A program made the translations under genes and the position numbers. DNA of 64,000 bases from contig CAMVLZ010000004.1 in NCBI GenBank assembly GCA_947168485.1, positions 3,732 through 67,731 on the forward strand. The letters run 5' to 3'. Each line of letters opens with the position of its first letter. The stretch's first letter is position 1. A model generated the notes under the pieces. That model was not told where the DNA came from and did no database searches. It saw nothing but the letters and a program-made list of their open reading frames with translations. Shown here one piece after another: positions 29,216 to 42,817 of this stretch. The DNA comes from an uncultured Bacillota bacterium (GTDB taxonomy: Bacteria > Bacillota_I > Bacilli_A > RF39 > UBA660).

Positions 29216-30400
29216 TTATTCATAAATCTTAGTAACGTTTCCAGCACCAACTGTATGTCCACCCTCACGGATAGAGAATTTAGTACCTTCTTCTAAAGCG
29301 ATTGAATGAATTAATTCAACGTCGAATGTAACGTTGTCACCAGGCATAACCATTTCAGTTCCTTCTGGTAATTCAATAACTCCAGTTACATCAGTAGTTC
29401 TAAAGTAGAATTGTGGACGATAGTTATTAAAGAATGGTGTATGACGTCCTCCTTCTTCTTTACTTAATACATATACAGTAGCTTGGAATTTTTTATGAGG
29501 AGTAACAGTTCCAGGTTTAGCTAAAACTTGTCCACGTTGTACTTGTTCACGAGAAATACCACGTAATAATACTCCAGCATTATCTCCAGCTTCTGCATAA
29601 TCTAATTGTTTACGGAACATTTCAATTCCAGTAACAACTGTTTTTTGAGTATCTTTTATACCTACAATTTCAACTTCTTCATTTAATTTTAATGTACCAC
29701 GTTCAACACGTCCAGTAACAACTGTTCCACGTCCAGTGATAGTAAATACATCTTCAATACTCATTAAGAATGGTTTGTCAGTATCTCTTTCTGGAGTTGG
29801 AATCCAAGTGTCTACAGCTTCCATTAATTCATCGATAGCAGGAGTCCATTTTGGATCACCTTCTAAAGCTTTAAGTGCAGATCCACGAATGATTGGTGTA
29901 TTGTCTCCATCGAATTCATATTCGTTTAATAAGTCACGAATTTCCATTTCAACTAAATCTAATAATTCAGGATCATCAACCATATCACACTTATTCATGA
30001 ATACAACCATTTTAGGTACTCCAACTTGACGAGCAAGTAAGATATGTTCACGAGTTTGTGCCATAGGTCCATCAGTTGCAGCAATAACTAAGATTGCTCC
30101 ATCCATTTGAGCAGCTCCAGTAATCATGTTTTTAACATAGTCAGCATGTCCTGGGCAGTCAACGTGAGCGTAGTGTCTAGCATCAGTGCTATATTCTACG
30201 TGAGCAGTATTAATAGTAATACCACGTTCTCTTTCTTCTGGTGCTTTATCAATGTTTCCGAATTCAACAGCTTCATTACCATTTTTTCCAGCTAAACATT
30301 TAGTAATAGCAGCAGTTAAAGTAGTTTTTCCATGATCTACATGTCCAATTGTACCAATGTTAACATGTGGTTTTGAACGATCAAATTTTTCCTTTGCCAT
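29216..30400 (-). CDS. tuf: elongation factor Tu
   Basis: [18 protein letters not shown] and NKCD G-motifs in a full-length 394 aa protein. Confidence 0.98.
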   Translation of the reverse strand: MAKEKFDRSKPHVNIGTIGHVDHGKTTLTAAITKCLAGKNGNEAVEFGNIDKAPEERERGITINTAHVEYSTDARHYAHVDCPGHADYVKNMITGAAQMDGAILVIAATDGPMAQTREHILLARQVGVPKMVVFMNKCDMVDDPELLDLVEMEIRDLLNEYEFDGDNTPIIRGSALKALEGDPKWTPAIDELMEAVDTWIPTPERDTDKPFLMSIEDVFTITGRGTVVTGRVERGTLKLNEEVEIVGIKDTQKTVVTGIEMFRKQLDYAEAGDNAGVLLRGISREQVQRGQVLAKPGTVTPHKKFQATVYVLSKEEGGRHTPFFNNYRPQFYFRTTDVTGVIELPEGTEMVMPGDNVTFDVELIHSIALEEGTKFSIREGGHTVGAGNVTKIYE

Positions 30401-30471
30401 AAAATATTCCTCCTTATTTATTTACAACATATATTTTATCTAATAATTGAACTTTTTTCAACTATTTTCTA

Positions 30472-32541
30472 TTAATTTCCACTCTTCTTAATAATTTCAT
30501 CTGCAATGTTCTTTGGAACTTGTTCATAATGATCTGGGAACATTACGAATGTTGCACGTCCTTGAGTGTTAGAACGTAAGTTAGTAGCATAACCAAACAT
30601 TTCAGCTAATGGTACCATTGCACTTAATTTAACAGCGTTACCTTGAGCTTCTTGTCCTAATGGTTTACCTCTACGAGCAGTGATATCACCCATAACATTT
30701 CCGAAGTATTCTTCAGGAGTAGTAACATCAACTTTCATAATAGGTTCTAATAAAACTGGATTACAGTTTTTCTTAATTTCTTTAACTGCTAAAGATGCAG
30801 CAACTTTGAAACTCATTTCATTAGAGTCTACATCATGGTATGAACCATCATATAATGTAGCTTTAATATCGATCATTGGATATCCAGCAACAACTCCAGT
30901 TTGTAGAGCTTCTTGTAATCCTTTATCAACAACAGGAATATATTCACGAGGAACAACTCCACCAACAACTTGGTCAACAAATTCATAACCTTTTCCTTCA
31001 TTTGGCTCGAATTTAACCCAAACATGTCCGTATTGTCCACGTCCACCTGATTGTTTAATATATTTACCTTCACACTCACCAGCGTTAAGAATTGTTTCAC
31101 GGTAAGCAACTTGAGGTGCACCAACATTAGCTTCTACTTTAAATTCACGTTTCATTCTATCAACTAATACGTCTAAGTGTAACTCACCCATACCAGCGAT
31201 AACAGTTTGACCTGTTTCATGATCAGTATGAACTTTAAATGTAGGATCTTCTTCAGCTAATTTTTGTAATGCAATACCCATCTTATCTTGATCAGCTTTA
31301 CTCTTAGGTTCTACAGCTAATTGGATAACTGGTTCAGGTACTACTAAACTTTCTAAAATAATTGGTTTCTTTTCATCACATAGAGTATCTCCTGTAGTAG
31401 TATTCTTTAAACCAACTGCAGCAGCAATATCTCCAGTATATACATCACTAATTTCTTTACGAGTATTAGCATGCATTTGTAAGATTCTTCCGATTCTTTC
31501 TTTAGAATCTTTAGAAGAGTTTAATACATAACTACCACTTGCTAAATGTCCAGAATAAACTCTAAAGAATGTTAAACGTCCAACAAATGGATCTGTCATA
31601 ACTTTAAATGCTAAAGCAGCAAATGGTTCATCATCACTAGGATGTCTTACTGCTTCATCACCCTTTAAGTCAGTACCCTTAATTGATTCAACATCAACAG
31701 GACTTGGTAAATAATCAATAACAGCATCTAATAAAGGTTTAATTCCTTTGTTACCTAAAGCAGTTCCACACATAACTGGGAAAAACTCAGCAGCTAAAGT
31801 ACCTTTTCTTATAGCTGATTTAATCATTTCTTCAGTAACTTCTCCCCCATCAAGATATGTCATCATCATATCATCATCAAACTCAGCAACAGCTTCAATT
31901 AATTCTGCTCTCTTTTCTTCTGCGATTGATTTTAATTCTTCTGGTATTTCAATTTCTTTAGCATTTTCTTCTTGAGCACCATCATAATGATAAGCTTTCA
32001 TAGTTACTAAATCTATAGTTCCATCAAAATCTGATTCTGCTCCAATTGGCCATTCAATTGGTTTAGCATTAACTCCTAAACGATTCTTGATAGTTTCTAA
32101 ACTATATTCAAAACTAGCACCCATCTTATCCATCTTATTAGCGAATATAATTCTAGGTACTTTGAAGTCACTAGCTTGTCTCCAAACTGTTTCAGTTTGA
32201 GGTTCAACACCAGCTTGTGCATCGATTAAAGCAACTGCTCCATCTAATACACGAAGAGATCTTGAAACTTCAATAGTAAAGTCTACGTGTCCTGGAGTAT
32301 CAATTATATTGAAACGATAACCCTTCCAATGACAAGTAGTAGCAGCACTAGTAATAGTAATACCACGTTCTTGTTCTTGTTCCATCCAGTCCATTTGAGA
32401 TTCACCATCGTGAGTTTCTCCAATCTTATGAGTTATACCAGTATGAAATAAAATTCTTTCTGTACAAGTTGTCTTTCCAGCATCAATATGAGCCATTATA
32501 CCAAGGTTTCTTGTTTTTTCTAAAGATGTATCTCTTGCCAT
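30472..32541 (-). CDS. fusA: elongation factor G
   Basis: [17 protein letters not shown] and NKMD motifs, 689 aa. Confidence 0.98.
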   Translation of the reverse strand: MARDTSLEKTRNLGIMAHIDAGKTTCTERILFHTGITHKIGETHDGESQMDWMEQEQERGITITSAATTCHWKGYRFNIIDTPGHVDFTIEVSRSLRVLDGAVALIDAQAGVEPQTETVWRQASDFKVPRIIFANKMDKMGASFEYSLETIKNRLGVNAKPIEWPIGAESDFDGTIDLVTMKAYHYDGAQEENAKEIEIPEELKSIAEEKRAELIEAVAEFDDDMMMTYLDGGEVTEEMIKSAIRKGTLAAEFFPVMCGTALGNKGIKPLLDAVIDYLPSPVDVESIKGTDLKGDEAVRHPSDDEPFAALAFKVMTDPFVGRLTFFRVYSGHLASGSYVLNSSKDSKERIGRILQMHANTRKEISDVYTGDIAAAVGLKNTTTGDTLCDEKKPIILESLVVPEPVIQLAVEPKSKADQDKMGIALQKLAEEDPTFKVHTDHETGQTVIAGMGELHLDVLVDRMKREFKVEANVGAPQVAYRETILNAGECEGKYIKQSGGRGQYGHVWVKFEPNEGKGYEFVDQVVGGVVPREYIPVVDKGLQEALQTGVVAGYPMIDIKATLYDGSYHDVDSNEMSFKVAASLAVKEIKKNCNPVLLEPIMKVDVTTPEEYFGNVMGDITARRGKPLGQEAQGNAVKLSAMVPLAEMFGYATNLRSNTQGRATFVMFPDHYEQVPKNIADEIIKKSGN

Positions 32542-32556
32542 AATTTTATCTCCTTC

Positions 32557-33024
32557 CTACCATCTGTAATGTGCATAAGCCTTGTTAGCTTCTGCCATAC
32601 GATGTGTATCTTCACGTTTTTTAACTGTAGCACCTGTTTCATTAGATGCATCAATAATTTCATTAGCTAAATTATCAGCCATACTTCTTCCATTTCTCTC
32701 ACGAGAATATTTTACTAACCATTTTAAAGCAAGTGCTTGAGCTCTAGCAGGAGTAACTTCAATTGGTACTTGATAGTTAGAACCACCAACTCTACGAGAC
32801 TTAACTTCTAATTGTGGTTTTATATTTTCCATACAAGTTGTAAACACTTCTAAAGGTTCTTTACCTGTATTATTCTTTATCTTTTCAAAAGCATCATAAA
32901 CTATAGTTTGAGCTGTACCCTTTTTACCATCAATCATAACTATGTTAATTAACTTAGCTACAACTTTAGAATTATATATAGGATCAGCTAAAATATCTCT
33001 TTTAGTTGCACGTCTTTTACGCAT
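32557..33024 (-). CDS. rpsG: 30S ribosomal protein S7
   Basis: Typical S7 sequence and str-operon position. Confidence 0.97.
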   Translation of the reverse strand: MRKRRATKRDILADPIYNSKVVAKLINIVMIDGKKGTAQTIVYDAFEKIKNNTGKEPLEVFTTCMENIKPQLEVKSRRVGGSNYQVPIEVTPARAQALALKWLVKYSRERNGRSMADNLANEIIDASNETGATVKKREDTHRMAEANKAYAHYRW

Positions 33025-33058
33025 AATAATCCTCCCTCCTTTTATATTATAAATTTAA

Positions 33059-33469
33059 TTACTTAGGTCTTTTTGCACCGTATTTACTACGACCTTTTTT
33101 ACGATCTTTAACTCCAGCAGTATCTAATGTACCACGAATAATGTGATAACGAACACCGATTAAGTCTTTAACACGTCCACCACGAATTAATACAACACTA
33201 TGTTCTTGTAAGTTGTGACCAATTCCAGGAATATAAGTATCAACTTCTCTACCATTAGATAGACGAACACGAGCATATTTACGTAATGCTGAGTTAGGTT
33301 TCTTTGGAGTCTTTGTACCAACACGAGTACATACACCACGCATTTGTGGAGAATTACCATCGATTTGTTTCTTCTTAATAGAATTATATCTAAATCTTAA
33401 GATAGGACTCTTTGGTTTTCTAACTTTATTTTTACGCTTATTGTGAACTAATTGATTTATTGTAGGCAT
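33059..33469 (-). CDS. rpsL: 30S ribosomal protein S12 (Ile in place of the universal Pro of KDLPGVRYH)
   Basis: MPTINQL..., [11 protein letters not shown] and [13 protein letters not shown]. The codon ATC was confirmed on the reverse strand (GGACGTGTTAAAGACTTAATCGGTGTTCGT). Confidence 0.97.
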   Translation of the reverse strand: MPTINQLVHNKRKNKVRKPKSPILRFRYNSIKKKQIDGNSPQMRGVCTRVGTKTPKKPNSALRKYARVRLSNGREVDTYIPGIGHNLQEHSVVLIRGGRVKDLIGVRYHIIRGTLDTAGVKDRKKGRSKYGAKRPK

Positions 33470-33564
33470 AAAATATATCTCCTTTCTTTACACATACCCT
33501 TGTGTATCATTTTTTACTTTAAATAAAACTTTGTTAATAACAAAGCCATTTAAACAACATAGAT

Positions 33565-33593
33565 AATATAGCATCTATCTCAAAAATAGTCAA
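33565..33593 (-). promoter_or_regulatory. sigma-A-type promoter of the rpsL-rpsG-fusA-tuf operon
   Basis: Reverse strand TTGACT, 17 nt spacer ending in TGC (extended -10), TATATT. Confidence 0.55.
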
Positions 33594-33669
33594 TAATAAT
33601 TAATAAAAAACATAATAAATTTTACAAATTCTTAATATAATGTTTAAATAATATTATAAAGGTGATTAT

Positions 33670-34473
33670 ATGTCTAAAGAAATATATAAATTATATAAAG
33701 AATATAACAACAAACCACTAGATAATAACTTCATAAATAAAGCATTTGAATTAATGTTAGATCAAGAGCAAGAACTAATACCATATATAAATGATTTTAG
33801 AATAACAGGAGAATATGCTAGATATTTAGGAGCATATTTACCAGAAGATAGAATTATTAAAATAAACAAAGAATTAATAGAAAAACAAAACATTAATCAC
33901 CAATTATTTACTCTTCATATAATAAAACATGAATTAGAACATGCAAGGAACTTAAAAACCTTATACGAAGGAAAAAATGATATAGAATCACTAATAATAT
34001 ATTATTCACTAAGAAGTTATGCTATAGAACACAATCTAGAAAGATTTCCAAATCTAGATCACTTATATAAAGATTTTCTAGAAATAGAAACAAAAATGAA
34101 TTATAAAACCGATCCAGGAGAAAGACTCACAGACATAAAAGCATGTAAATATATAGTTAATTTATTAAAGAATCAACGAAACTCAGAAGACTTATTAATA
34201 TCAAGAATAATGTTATATTATGCATATACAAGAGGATATAAAGATAATAGATATTATATTGATCCTCCAACATATGAATTTTTATTAAAAACAGGTCAAT
34301 TTCATGATCACTATTTATTAAAAAATAGAATAAATAAAAATGATTATTCATTCAATACAAGAATTACTTATGGATTACCAATAACTAATGAAGAATATAA
34401 TAAAGAAGTATTACACAAAGTAAAACTCTATAAAAAGAATTGGATAATTAAAGAAAGGAGTCCCTATGAATAA
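33670..34473 (+). CDS. hypothetical HExxH protein (putative metallopeptidase-like)
   Basis: AGGTGA RBS. HIIKHELEHARN motif, no signal peptide. Confidence 0.6.
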   Translation: MSKEIYKLYKEYNNKPLDNNFINKAFELMLDQEQELIPYINDFRITGEYARYLGAYLPEDRIIKINKELIEKQNINHQLFTLHIIKHELEHARNLKTLYEGKNDIESLIIYYSLRSYAIEHNLERFPNLDHLYKDFLEIETKMNYKTDPGERLTDIKACKYIVNLLKNQRNSEDLLISRIMLYYAYTRGYKDNRYYIDPPTYEFLLKTGQFHDHYLLKNRINKNDYSFNTRITYGLPITNEEYNKEVLHKVKLYKKNWIIKERSPYE

Positions 34474-35053
34474 ATTAGAATCTATAATAAATAATATTAA
34501 AACTCAAAGAGAAAAAATAATAATTAATAAAAACAAAATACTTGAATTAAAAACAAAAATATCAGATTTAAAAATAAATAACACAGTAGCACTATATGCT
34601 TATTCACAAGATAAAATACTATATAATGAAGATATAGATAATTATAAACAAATAATACAATCTATAGAAGAAGATCCTAAAGTACAAGAATATATTATTT
34701 TATATAATAAATTATCTATTCTAGAAGAACAAATAATAAATTATTATAAAAATATACAAATAGAATTAAAAAATGAAGTTAATAATAAAAGACCTCAAGT
34801 ATTTGTATATTATGATAAAGATGAAACAAACAATGTAATAACAAGAAATATCACATCATCTCAATTATCAAGACTAGAATTAGATCAAGAAGTAATATTA
34901 CCAGTAAAAGATATTAATTCTAAGAGAAAACAAAGACATTTCTATAATAGAGTTAGTTTTAAATATTTAGAAGAATTATCTAAAGATAATAATTACTCTA
35001 TAGAAAATAAAAATTTAGGTAAAGTTAAAAAACTAATAAAAGAAAGAGGTTAA
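34466..35053 (+). CDS. hypothetical coiled-coil protein
   Basis: GGAG RBS. 8-nt overlap with the upstream gene. Heptad-rich K/E/I/N sequence. Confidence 0.55.
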   Translation: MNKLESIINNIKTQREKIIINKNKILELKTKISDLKINNTVALYAYSQDKILYNEDIDNYKQIIQSIEEDPKVQEYIILYNKLSILEEQIINYYKNIQIELKNEVNNKRPQVFVYYDKDETNNVITRNITSSQLSRLELDQEVILPVKDINSKRKQRHFYNRVSFKYLEELSKDNNYSIENKNLGKVKKLIKERG

Positions 35054-35054
35054 T

Positions 35055-35531
35055 ATGGATTTATTATTAATAATAGACTTTCAAAATGATTTTATAAATG
35101 AACAAACAAAAAACTCAGTTAATGAATTAAATAAATTAGTTAATTCAAATAAATATGAAAAAATAGTATTTACAAGATTTATTAATAGTGAAGATAATCC
35201 TTGCTACAAAATGAATTGGAAGGATTGTATGACAGAAGAAGGTAGAAAAATACCAATTGATACTAAAGATTATCCAGTATTTGATAAAACAACATATACT
35301 GCTTATAATCAAGAATTAATTAATTATTTAAAGGAAAATAATATAAATAATATCTATATAGCAGGATTTGATATAGATTGTTGTGTTCTAGCAACTGCCT
35401 TCAATTTATTTGAGAATAACTATAATACATATATATTAAAAGATTATGTATATTCATGTATAAGTGATGAAATAAAAATGATTACAATAGATATATTAGA
35501 AAGATGTATTGGAAAAGACCATGTAGTATAA
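35055..35531 (+). CDS. isochorismatase-family cysteine hydrolase
   Basis: LLIIDFQNDF (Asp), FDKTTY (Lys) and IAGFDIDCCVLATA (Cys) form the triad pattern. Confidence 0.75.
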   Translation: MDLLLIIDFQNDFINEQTKNSVNELNKLVNSNKYEKIVFTRFINSEDNPCYKMNWKDCMTEEGRKIPIDTKDYPVFDKTTYTAYNQELINYLKENNINNIYIAGFDIDCCVLATAFNLFENNYNTYILKDYVYSCISDEIKMITIDILERCIGKDHVV

Positions 35532-35544
35532 TGGTCTTTTTTTA
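35513..35544 (+). terminator. intrinsic terminator of the three-gene plus-strand unit
   Basis: AAAGACCAT-GTAGTATA-ATGGTCTTT followed by TTTTT. Confidence 0.6.
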
Positions 35545-35546
35545 TA

Positions 35547-35575
35547 CAAAAAAATGGAGTGAATTATCACTCCAT
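35547..35575 (-). terminator. intrinsic terminator after rpoC
   Basis: Reverse strand ATGGAGTGA-TAAT-TCACTCCAT followed by TTTTTTT. The hairpin contains the rpoC TGA stop. Confidence 0.65.
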
Positions 35576-38500
35576 TAATTGATCTTCAAGTTTTTCTAGA
35601 GGTTCTCCATCCATGAATTGTCTCTTTAGTTCATAATCAACATCTCTATAGATTCTAGAACCAGTTCCAGCAGGTATTAATTTACCTAAGATAACATTTT
35701 CTTTTAATCCAGTTAATGGATCAACTTTTCCTCTAATAGCAGCATCAGTTAATACTCTAGTTGTTTCTTGGAATGATGCAGCTGATAAGAATGATTCAGT
35801 ACCTAAAGCAGCCTTAGTAATACCTAATAAGATTGGTTTACCAACAGCAGGCTTTTTACCATTAATAATAGCATCTTTATTTCCATTAGTGAATTCTTTG
35901 AAGTTAACAACAGATCCTGGAACAAATCTAGTATCTCCTCCATCACTAATTTTAATCTTACTAATCATTCTTCTAGCAATAACCTCTAAGTGTTTATCAG
36001 AAATCTCAACACCTTGAGAACGATAAGTATCTTGAATTTCTTTTAAGATATATTTTTGTGTAGTAATAGGATCAGTAACAGCAAGTAATTCTTTAGGACT
36101 AATAGCTCCAACAGTAAGTTTTTGTCCAGGAACTACTTTATCACCTTTCTCTACACATAGCTTAGTACCATAGTTAGTAACATGAACTTTAGTTTCAGCT
36201 TTACCCTTAACACTAATTTCAAATTTACCACGTTCTTCTTTAATATTAGAAATAGTACCAGCTATTTCAGCAATTGTAGCTTTACCTTTTGGATTACGAG
36301 CTTCAAATAACTCAGCAACTCTTGGTAAACCTTGAGTGATATCTTCAACTCCGGCAACTCCACCTGAGTGGAATGTACGCATTGTTAACTGAGTACCCGG
36401 TTCACCAATTGATTGAGCAGCCATAACACCAACAGCTTCTCCAATCTCAACTAAATTACCTGTAGCTAAGTTTTTACCATAACATTTTTGGCAAATTCCA
36501 TTTTCAGATCCACAAGTAAGTATAGATCTTATTTCTACTTCTTTAACTCCAGCATTAACAATCTTATCTGCTAAAGAATCAGTAATATAAGTATCTTTAT
36601 CTACAATCACATCTTTAGTTTCAGGATTTACAACTTTCTTATTAGTATATCTACCAACAATTCTATCTCTTAATCCTTCAATTAAAGTACCAGTTTTTTC
36701 ATTAATAAAGTCATTAACAACAATACCTTGATCAGTACCACAATCTTCTTCAGTAATAATGATATCTTGAGAAACATCAACTAAACGTCTAGTTAAGTAA
36801 CCAGAGTCTGCTGTCTTTAAGGCAGTATCAGCTAAACCTTTACGAGCAGCATGTGTAGATAAGAAGAAGTCTGACACACTCATACCTTCAATGAAGTTTG
36901 AGATAACAGGAATTTCAACTTCACTACCATCCGGTTTAGTCATGATTCCACGCATACCAGCAACTTGTGAGAAGTTTGAAATAGATCCACGAGCTTTAGA
37001 ATTCATCATCATGAAGATTGGATTATCTAAGTTTTCAGATGAAATCTTACTTAATTCAGCTTGAATCTTACTTGTAGCTTCTAACCAAGATTCAATTACT
37101 TTAGAATATCTTTCTTCATCAGTAATTAAACCTCTAGTATATTGTTTATTAATTTTATCAACTAATTTTTGAGTTTCTTCAACTACTTTATCTTTATCTT
37201 TACTAGTAATAACATCAAACATACTAACAGTTAAACCAGATATAGTAGAATATTTAAATCCTAAATCTTTTAAATTATCTAACATGATAGATGTCTCAGT
37301 AGTTTTATATCTCTTAAATACTTGAGCAATTATCTTCTCTAAAGTAGATTTATTGAAAGCAGTTACTAAAGGCATTTCTTCAATTGCTTTCTTAATATCA
37401 GTACCCATTGGTAAGAAGAATTTACTTGGAGTAATTCCTCCAATATTTTCAGTACTTGGTTCATTAATATAAGCAAATGAATCAGGTAATATCTCATTGA
37501 ATTTTAACTTACCAACAGTAGTAACTAAATATTTATCTTTTTGACTACTAGTAAATAATTTATGTCTAAAACTATTAACTGGTAAAGCAACTCTAGCATG
37601 TAAATCAATTTCATTACGATCATATGCCATTAACATTTCATTAGAGTTTTTAAATACTCTACCTTCACCCTTAGCTCCAGCTTTTTCCATAGTAATGTAA
37701 TAGTTACCAATAACAATATCTTGTCCTGGAGTAACGATAGGATCTCCACTCTTTGGATGTAAGATATTATTAGAACCTAACATTAACATTCTAGCTTCAG
37801 CTTGAGCCTCTTCAGATAAAGGAATATGAACAGCCATTTGATCTCCATCGAAATCGGCATTGAATGCTGTACATACTAACGGATGTAATCTAATAGCTTT
37901 TCCACCAATTAATACAGGTTCGAATGCTTGAATACCTAATCTATGTAGAGTCGGAGCTCTATTTAATAGAACAGGATGTTCTTTAATAGCATCTTCAACA
38001 ATATCCCAAACTACAGGATCTTGTGCATCAATCATCTTTTTAGCAGCTTTAATGTTATGAGCAAGTTCTCTTTCAACTAAACCATGAATAACATGAGGTT
38101 TAAATAACTCTAAAGCCATTTCTTTAGGAATACCACATTGATACATCTTTAATGATGGTCCAATTACGATAACTGAACGACCAGAATAATCAACACGTTT
38201 ACCTAATAAGTTTTGTCTAAAGCGTCCTTGTTTACCTTTTAACATACTAGAAAGTGATTTCAAAGGACGATTTCCAGCACCTGTAACGTTTCTACCACGT
38301 CTACCATTATCAAATAAAGCATCTACTGCTTCTTGAAGCATACGTTTTTCATTTTGAACAATAATAGATGGAGCACCTAAATCTAATAATCTCTTTAAAC
38401 GATTATTACGGTTAATAACACGTCTATATAAATCATTTAAATCAGATGTAGCAAATCTACCACCATCTAATTGAATCATTGGTCTTAATTCAGGTGGTAT

Positions 38501-39199
38501 TACAGGAATACAATCTAATATCATCCATTCTGGTCTTTGGTTAGATGAGTAGAATGCATCTAAAACATCTAATCTCTTAAGTAATCTAACTCTCTTTTGA
38601 CCAGTAGAATCTTCTAATTCTTTTTGAATATCATCTATTTCTTTCTTTAAATCAACCATTTTTAATAGCTCTTTAATAGCTTCAGCACCCATTCCAACTT
38701 TGAATGATGTACCATATTTTTCATAATAAGCACGATATTCTCTTTCACTTAAAGTTTGTTTATTCTCTAAAGGAGTATTACCTTTATCAATAACAACATA
38801 ACTTACGAAATATAATACTTCTTCTAGGTCTCTAGGACTCATATCAAGAACTAATCCCATACGAGAAGGAACACCCTTAAAGAACCAAATATGTGAAACA
38901 GGAGAAGCAAGTTCTATATGTCCCATTCTTTCTCTTCTAACAGAAGAACGAGTAACTTCAACTCCACATCTATCACAAACTATATTTTTATATCTAACTC
39001 TTTTATATTTTCCACATGAACATTCATAATCCTTACTAGGTCCGAAAATCTTTTCACAAAATAATCCATCTCTTTCAGGTTTTAATGTTCTATAATTAAT
39101 AGTTTCAGGTTTTTGAACTTCACCATATGACCAAGAACGAATTTTCTCAGGAGAAGCAATACCAATCTTTAATGCACTTATTTTATTAATATCTATCAT
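35567..39199 (-). CDS. rpoC: DNA-directed RNA polymerase subunit beta'
   Basis: [12 protein letters not shown] catalytic motif and Zn-finger CxCGK...CDRCG, 1210 aa. Confidence 0.98.
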   Translation of the reverse strand: MIDINKISALKIGIASPEKIRSWSYGEVQKPETINYRTLKPERDGLFCEKIFGPSKDYECSCGKYKRVRYKNIVCDRCGVEVTRSSVRRERMGHIELASPVSHIWFFKGVPSRMGLVLDMSPRDLEEVLYFVSYVVIDKGNTPLENKQTLSEREYRAYYEKYGTSFKVGMGAEAIKELLKMVDLKKEIDDIQKELEDSTGQKRVRLLKRLDVLDAFYSSNQRPEWMILDCIPVIPPELRPMIQLDGGRFATSDLNDLYRRVINRNNRLKRLLDLGAPSIIVQNEKRMLQEAVDALFDNGRRGRNVTGAGNRPLKSLSSMLKGKQGRFRQNLLGKRVDYSGRSVIVIGPSLKMYQCGIPKEMALELFKPHVIHGLVERELAHNIKAAKKMIDAQDPVVWDIVEDAIKEHPVLLNRAPTLHRLGIQAFEPVLIGGKAIRLHPLVCTAFNADFDGDQMAVHIPLSEEAQAEARMLMLGSNNILHPKSGDPIVTPGQDIVIGNYYITMEKAGAKGEGRVFKNSNEMLMAYDRNEIDLHARVALPVNSFRHKLFTSSQKDKYLVTTVGKLKFNEILPDSFAYINEPSTENIGGITPSKFFLPMGTDIKKAIEEMPLVTAFNKSTLEKIIAQVFKRYKTTETSIMLDNLKDLGFKYSTISGLTVSMFDVITSKDKDKVVEETQKLVDKINKQYTRGLITDEERYSKVIESWLEATSKIQAELSKISSENLDNPIFMMMNSKARGSISNFSQVAGMRGIMTKPDGSEVEIPVISNFIEGMSVSDFFLSTHAARKGLADTALKTADSGYLTRRLVDVSQDIIITEEDCGTDQGIVVNDFINEKTGTLIEGLRDRIVGRYTNKKVVNPETKDVIVDKDTYITDSLADKIVNAGVKEVEIRSILTCGSENGICQKCYGKNLATGNLVEIGEAVGVMAAQSIGEPGTQLTMRTFHSGGVAGVEDITQGLPRVAELFEARNPKGKATIAEIAGTISNIKEERGKFEISVKGKAETKVHVTNYGTKLCVEKGDKVVPGQKLTVGAISPKELLAVTDPITTQKYILKEIQDTYRSQGVEISDKHLEVIARRMISKIKISDGGDTRFVPGSVVNFKEFTNGNKDAIINGKKPAVGKPILLGITKAALGTESFLSAASFQETTRVLTDAAIRGKVDPLTGLKENVILGKLIPAGTGSRIYRDVDYELKRQFMDGEPLEKLEDQLME

Positions 39200-42100
39200 T
39201 AAATATCAGCTCCTTCCATATCTTCAGGGTCAAATTCTAAATCATCCAAACTTGTTTCATCTTCCTCTTCTTCATCTTCTGATATTTCAGTTTCTTCTAC
39301 TTCAGTATTATCAGCTAATAAATTATCATTAGATTCTTCAAATTGATCAATACTTTCGAATCCATCTGATTTTGCTTCAGCATCTTCTATTTCTTTAAGA
39401 TTATGATCTTCTCCATCTTCATCAACTATAGAAATATCTAATCCTAAAGCTTGGAATTCTTTCATTAATACTCTAAATGATTCAGGAACTCCTGCTCTAT
39501 CAATTTCTCTACCTTTAATTAAATCTTCATATACCATTACACGACCCATAACATCATCTGATTTAACAGTTAACATTTCTTGTAATGTATGAGCAGCACC
39601 ATAAGCATATAATGCCCAAACTTCCATTTCTCCAAATCTTTGTCCACCAAGTTGTGCCTTACCACCAAGTGGTTGTTGTGTAACTAATGAATAAGGTCCA
39701 GTAGAACGAGCATGAAGTTTATCATCTACCATATGATGTAATTTAATCATATACATTACACCAACAGATATTCTATTATCAAACGCTTCACCAGTACGTC
39801 CATCATATAAAACCATTTTTCCATCTTCAGCCATCTTAGCTTCTTTCATAATAGCTTTAATATCATCAACTCTAGCTCCATCAAATACTGGAGTAGCAAT
39901 ATGAACTCCTAATTTTTTAGCAGCCATACCCATATGTAATTCTAAAACTTGTCCGAAGTTCATACGAGAAGGAACTCCTTGTGGATTTAATAAGATATCA
40001 ACAGGTGTACCATCTTCCATAAATGGCATATCTTCTTGTGGAAGAATAAGTGAAATAACACCCTTATTACCATGACGTCCAGACATCTTATCTCCAACTT
40101 GAATCTTTCTCTTTTGAATTACATATACTCTAATTATTTTATTAATTCCAGCAGGTAATTCATCACCATTTTTTCTAGAATAAATTTTAATATCATGAAC
40201 TATACCATCTCCACCATGAGGAACCCTTAATGAAGTATCTCTAACTTCTCTAGTCTTCTCACCAAAGATAGCATGTAATAATTTTTCTTCTGAAGTTAAC
40301 TCAGCCATACCTTTAGGAGTAACTTTACCTACTAAGATATCTCCTTCTCTAACTTCAGTACCAATAGTAACAATACCTTCAGCATCTAAATTACGTCTTG
40401 CTTCTTCAGAAACATTAGGTATATCTCTAGTAATTTCTTCATCACCTAATTTAGTTTGACGACATTGCATCTCATAATCTTCTAAATGTAATGAAGTAAA
40501 TTTATCATCTTTAACTAAATTTTCATTTAATACAACAGCATCTTCATAGTTATATCCTTGGAAAGTCATGAAAGCAACTGTCATATTCTTACCTAATGAT
40601 AATTCTCCCTTATCAGTAGAATTACCATCAGCAATAACTGTAGTATTCTTCTTAACTTTATCTCCAACTTGAACAATTGGTTTTTGATGGAAACAAATTG
40701 AAGAGTTTGCTAATTCGAAGTTTGCAAGAGTATAAGTAACATCTTCACCCTTCTTATTAGTAATAACAATCTTCTTAGCATCAACATACTTAACTACACC
40801 ATCTTCTTTAGCTACAACTTCTACTCCAGAGTCTTTAGCAGCTATATATTCAACACCAGTACCAATAAATGGAGCTTCTGTCTTAATTAAAGGCATAGCT
40901 TGTCTTTGCATGTTAGCACCCATCAATGCTCTATGTGCATCATCATGTTCTAAGAAAGGAATACAACTTGTTGTAATAGATACAACTTGTTGTGGAGAAA
41001 CATCGATATAATCAACATCTTCAGGTTTAGCTAAAATATTTTCTCCTCTATATCTAGCATTAACATGTTCATCAGTAATAACTAAATCATCATTAGTCTC
41101 TACAGATGATTGAGAAATAATAAAGTTTTCTTCTTCATCAGCAGTCATATAATGAACTTCATCTAAAATCTTACCATTTTCTACTCTTCTATAAGGACTT
41201 AATATAAATCCATATTCATTAACTTTAGCATAACTTGCTAATGTAGTAATAAGTCCGATATTAGGTCCTTCTGGAGATTCAATAGGACAAATTCTACCAT
41301 AGTGTGAAATATTAACATCACGTACTTCAACACCAGTTCTTTCTCTAGAAAGTCCACCAGGTCCTAAAGCAGAAAGTCTACGTTTATTAGTTAATTCAGC
41401 AATTGGGTTTGTTTGATCCATGAATTGAGATAATTGTGAACTACCAAAGAACTCTTTCATAGCAGCAGTAACTGGTCTAATATTAATTAAAGTCTTAGGA
41501 GTTACTTCATCCATATCTTGAGTAGTCATTCTTTCACGAATAACTCTTTCCATTCTAGCAACACCAATTCTAAATTGATTTTGTAATAATTCACCAACTT
41601 GTTTAATACGTCTATTACCTAAGTGATCGATCTCATCATAATTACCTACACCATGTAATAAGTTTAAGTAATATGATGTAGCAGCATAAACATCACTTAT
41701 AGTTAATCTCTTAACATCAATACTTTGATCATTTCCTAAAACAATAAGTTTCTTCTTCTTATCCATTGGATTTACAATCTTAATTTCTTGTACTTGATCA
41801 TAAGTATCTAATTCTAAGTTAGCTAGAACTTTCTTCATTCCGTAACCAGACTTAAATAATTTGTCTAATTCATCTAAAACATTCTTATCAATTTTTGTTC
41901 CTTTTTCAAATTTAACTTCACCATCTACTTTGATACTTTCAGCTAAAACTTGTCCTAATAATCTATCAGTAATATTTAATTTCTTATTATATTTATATCT
42001 ACCAACTTTAGCTAAATCATATCTAAATTCATCAAAGAAATGAGTAATAATTTGGTTCTTAGAAGAATCAAGTGTAGCTGGTTCTCCTGGTCTTAATTTT

Positions 42101-42813
42101 TCATAAATTTCAATTAAAGCTTCATCAGTATTTTTAGTACTATCTTTTTCAATAGTATTTTTAATATATTCATCATCACCAAATAAATTGATAATATCTT
42201 CATCACTAGAAAGTCCAAATGCTCTTAATAATGTAGTTAAAGGTACTTTTCTAGTACGATCAATTCTTACATATACTACATCTCTCGCATCAGTTTCATA
42301 TTCTAACCATGTACCTCTAGTAGGTATAATTTGTGATGTAATTAGTCTTCTACCATTCTTATCAATCTCTTGATTATAATATACAGATGGAGATCTAACT
42401 AATTGTGATACTATAACTCTTTCAGCACCATTAATAACAAATGTAGCACTATCAGTCATTATAGGCATATCACCTAAGAATATTTCTTGTTCTTTAACTT
42501 CTCCTGACTCACGATTGAATAAACGTACATCAACTCTTAAAGGAGCTGCATATGTAGTTTCTCTATCTTTACTTTCTTTAATTGAATATTTAGGTTCATC
42601 AAAACGATAATCACCAAATTCTAATGATAAAGTACCAGAAAAATTTTCTACTGGGAACAAATCAGTAAAAACTTCTTTAATACCTTCATTAATAAACCAT
42701 TCATAGCTATCTTTTTGAATTTCTAACAAATCTTTTAATTCATAGCTATTTTTGATTCTAGAATAGTTACGTCTCTTTCTAAAATCACCATACTTTACAA
42801 CTTTATAAGACAT
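39199..42813 (-). CDS. rpoB: DNA-directed RNA polymerase subunit beta
   Basis: [13 protein letters not shown] and other beta signatures. The stop TAA shares one base with the rpoC ATG. Start at ATG 42813 (MSYKVVKYG) behind GGGGTGA. Confidence 0.98.
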   Translation of the reverse strand: MSYKVVKYGDFRKRRNYSRIKNSYELKDLLEIQKDSYEWFINEGIKEVFTDLFPVENFSGTLSLEFGDYRFDEPKYSIKESKDRETTYAAPLRVDVRLFNRESGEVKEQEIFLGDMPIMTDSATFVINGAERVIVSQLVRSPSVYYNQEIDKNGRRLITSQIIPTRGTWLEYETDARDVVYVRIDRTRKVPLTTLLRAFGLSSDEDIINLFGDDEYIKNTIEKDSTKNTDEALIEIYEKLRPGEPATLDSSKNQIITHFFDEFRYDLAKVGRYKYNKKLNITDRLLGQVLAESIKVDGEVKFEKGTKIDKNVLDELDKLFKSGYGMKKVLANLELDTYDQVQEIKIVNPMDKKKKLIVLGNDQSIDVKRLTISDVYAATSYYLNLLHGVGNYDEIDHLGNRRIKQVGELLQNQFRIGVARMERVIRERMTTQDMDEVTPKTLINIRPVTAAMKEFFGSSQLSQFMDQTNPIAELTNKRRLSALGPGGLSRERTGVEVRDVNISHYGRICPIESPEGPNIGLITTLASYAKVNEYGFILSPYRRVENGKILDEVHYMTADEEENFIISQSSVETNDDLVITDEHVNARYRGENILAKPEDVDYIDVSPQQVVSITTSCIPFLEHDDAHRALMGANMQRQAMPLIKTEAPFIGTGVEYIAAKDSGVEVVAKEDGVVKYVDAKKIVITNKKGEDVTYTLANFELANSSICFHQKPIVQVGDKVKKNTTVIADGNSTDKGELSLGKNMTVAFMTFQGYNYEDAVVLNENLVKDDKFTSLHLEDYEMQCRQTKLGDEEITRDIPNVSEEARRNLDAEGIVTIGTEVREGDILVGKVTPKGMAELTSEEKLLHAIFGEKTREVRDTSLRVPHGGDGIVHDIKIYSRKNGDELPAGINKIIRVYVIQKRKIQVGDKMSGRHGNKGVISLILPQEDMPFMEDGTPVDILLNPQGVPSRMNFGQVLELHMGMAAKKLGVHIATPVFDGARVDDIKAIMKEAKMAEDGKMVLYDGRTGEAFDNRISVGVMYMIKLHHMVDDKLHARSTGPYSLVTQQPLGGKAQLGGQRFGEMEVWALYAYGAAHTLQEMLTVKSDDVMGRVMVYEDLIKGREIDRAGVPESFRVLMKEFQALGLDISIVDEDGEDHNLKEIEDAEAKSDGFESIDQFEESNDNLLADNTEVEETEISEDEEEEDETSLDDLEFDPEDMEGADI

Positions 42814-42817
42814 TAAT

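Noticed and set aside
39199-39420. The long acidic C-terminal tail of RpoB as an anomaly.
   Set aside because: Acidic C-terminal extensions of RpoB are common in Bacillota (B. subtilis has one), so this is not unusual.
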